A DNA stretch of 26,852 bases from a virus. Lineage: Duplodnaviria; Heunggongvirae; Uroviricota; Caudoviricetes. The number at the start of each line of letters is the position of its first letter. The stretch's first letter is position 1. The notes under the pieces were generated by a model, which had not been told where the DNA came from, ran no database searches, and worked only from the letters and a program-made list of their open reading frames with translations. Positions 25,590-26,852 of this stretch are shown in pieces. The position numbers were made by a program, and so were the translations under genes. The DNA is taken from the IMG/VR virus record IMGVR_UViG_3300020045_002497, positions 1-26,852 of that record; one strand, written 5' to 3'.

Positions 25590-26026
25590 TTTTATTTAAA
25601 AAGAAAAGAGTTGAATTAGGTAAAGGACATATAAATGCTTATGTTTTATTTGAATCTAAACATTTATTTTCAATTATTTTATATAATTGGAAAACAATAG
25701 AACAAAATAGATTTCATACTCATGCTTTTTCCGCTATTGCTTTTTTATTAAAAGGTGGATACGTTGAAGAAAAAATTATTGATAGAAAAATTGTAATAAA
25801 TAATGTAAATAATAAATTTATTCCAAGATATTTACCTAAAAATTATTGTCATAGAATATTAAAAGCAGAACCTAAAACATGGACTATTATATTTGTAGGG
25901 CCTTGGATTAAGTATTGGTATGAATATTTTCAAGATAGTAAAAAATGGATTAGATATACTTGGGGTAGAAAAAAAATATCAGAATATCAAGGTGATGAAA
26001 CCGATATTCATTTTTCAAAACAATAA
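25586..26026 (+). CDS. Cupin-fold protein
   Basis: FHTHAF...KGGYVEE...CHRI...WTIIFVGP (HxH..E..H metal site). Confidence 0.7.
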   Translation: MILFKKKRVELGKGHINAYVLFESKHLFSIILYNWKTIEQNRFHTHAFSAIAFLLKGGYVEEKIIDRKIVINNVNNKFIPRYLPKNYCHRILKAEPKTWTIIFVGPWIKYWYEYFQDSKKWIRYTWGRKKISEYQGDETDIHFSKQ

Positions 26027-26033
26027 TTCAAGT

Positions 26034-26852
26034 ATGAAGTTAAGTAAAATACAAAAACCAATATTAAACTGGATATTGGAAAATCCAGGTTATTTAAAAA
26101 CTAGTCCTAAAGTAGTAGCTAAATATTATCCTAAAAAAGTATCTTCTAAAGATATTCAAATTGCTTTAGAACAAGCTAGAATTGTAAGTAAAGCACAAGT
26201 TGAAAAAATTAGTACTAATGCGATTAAACTATTACCTAAAGTTACTATGTTAAAATCTACATTAAAATCAACTAATATTAACAATATTCTTGTCATAGCT
26301 GATATGCATGAACCATTTTGTAAGAAAGGTTATTTAGAACATTGTATAGCAATTAAAGATAAATATCAATGTGGTAGAATTATATTAATTGGTGATGAAG
26401 TAGATTTATGTGGTGTAAGTCAATGGGAAAAAGATCCTGATGGATTTAGTGCTGGTACTGAAGCAGAATTAGCTCAAGCTAAAATGAAAGTTTGGTATAC
26501 AGCATTTCCTGAAGCTTTTGTTTGCATAGGAAATCATACTGCTAGACCATTTAGACAAGCTAAAGCTAATGGTGTACCTAAAAAGTTTATTAAATCTTAT
26601 GAAGAAGCTTGGGAAGCTCCAAAAACTTGGAAATGGGCTGATTCTTGGGAATTTAATAATGTACATTTTACTCATGGTACAGGACATTCTGGACCAAATG
26701 CCGCTATTAAAATTGCTACTAGACACCGACAAAATACTGTTATAGGACATATTCATAGTGAAGCAGGTATTCAATACTCAGCAAGTAAAATAGATTTAGT
26801 TTGGGGTATGCAAGTTGGTGGAGCATTAGATGATAAATCATATGCTGCACAT
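26034..26852 (+). CDS. Calcineurin-like metallophosphoesterase, truncated by the window end (not in ORF track)
   Basis: ADMH, GDEVD, GNH, THG, GHIH in one open frame from ATG 26034 to the last base. Confidence 0.88.
   Translation, partial: MKLSKIQKPILNWILENPGYLKTSPKVVAKYYPKKVSSKDIQIALEQARIVSKAQVEKISTNAIKLLPKVTMLKSTLKSTNINNILVIADMHEPFCKKGYLEHCIAIKDKYQCGRIILIGDEVDLCGVSQWEKDPDGFSAGTEAELAQAKMKVWYTAFPEAFVCIGNHTARPFRQAKANGVPKKFIKSYEEAWEAPKTWKWADSWEFNNVHFTHGTGHSGPNAAIKIATRHRQNTVIGHIHSEAGIQYSASKIDLVWGMQVGGALDDKSYAAH

Noticed and set aside
26469-26774. Minus-strand 101-aa ORF
   Set aside because: Antisense to the metallophosphoesterase, which has all its catalytic motifs on the + strand

Overview
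Very AT-rich 26.9-kb segment of a dsDNA phage genome, standard genetic code, with all credible genes on the + strand and tightly packed (many ATGA/TAATG overlaps). It is the replication and nucleotide-metabolism module of a probable Bacteroidota (Flavobacteriia-type) phage with a Crassvirales-like gene set; taxonomy is inferred from gene content and A-rich start contexts only. Recognisable genes: family B DNA polymerase, MoxR-like AAA+ ATPase with a VWA partner, nucleotidyltransferase, Prim-Pol domain, SF2 helicase, putative replication initiator, DnaB-like helicase, Sak4/AAA_24 ATPase, SSB-like protein, DnaG-like primase, T7 endonuclease I-like resolvase, GH73-like hydrolase, 5'-3' exonuclease, ECF-like sigma factor, DUF5664 dNTP diphosphohydrolase, cupin and a metallophosphoesterase running off the window end. 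Three free-standing GIY-YIG homing endonucleases are also present. The most striking unexplained signal is about 14 small proteins (1030-12477) from several N-terminal families that all end in the same short amphipathic C-terminal tag (D..EL..ILIKLL or EDLSYL..LL). The tag variant follows genomic position rather than protein family, and the cluster surrounds the MoxR/VWA pair. A second signal is a pair of matching structured intergenic elements (8774-8843 and 17496-17562). All protein calls are by-eye motif recognition; no database searches were run.
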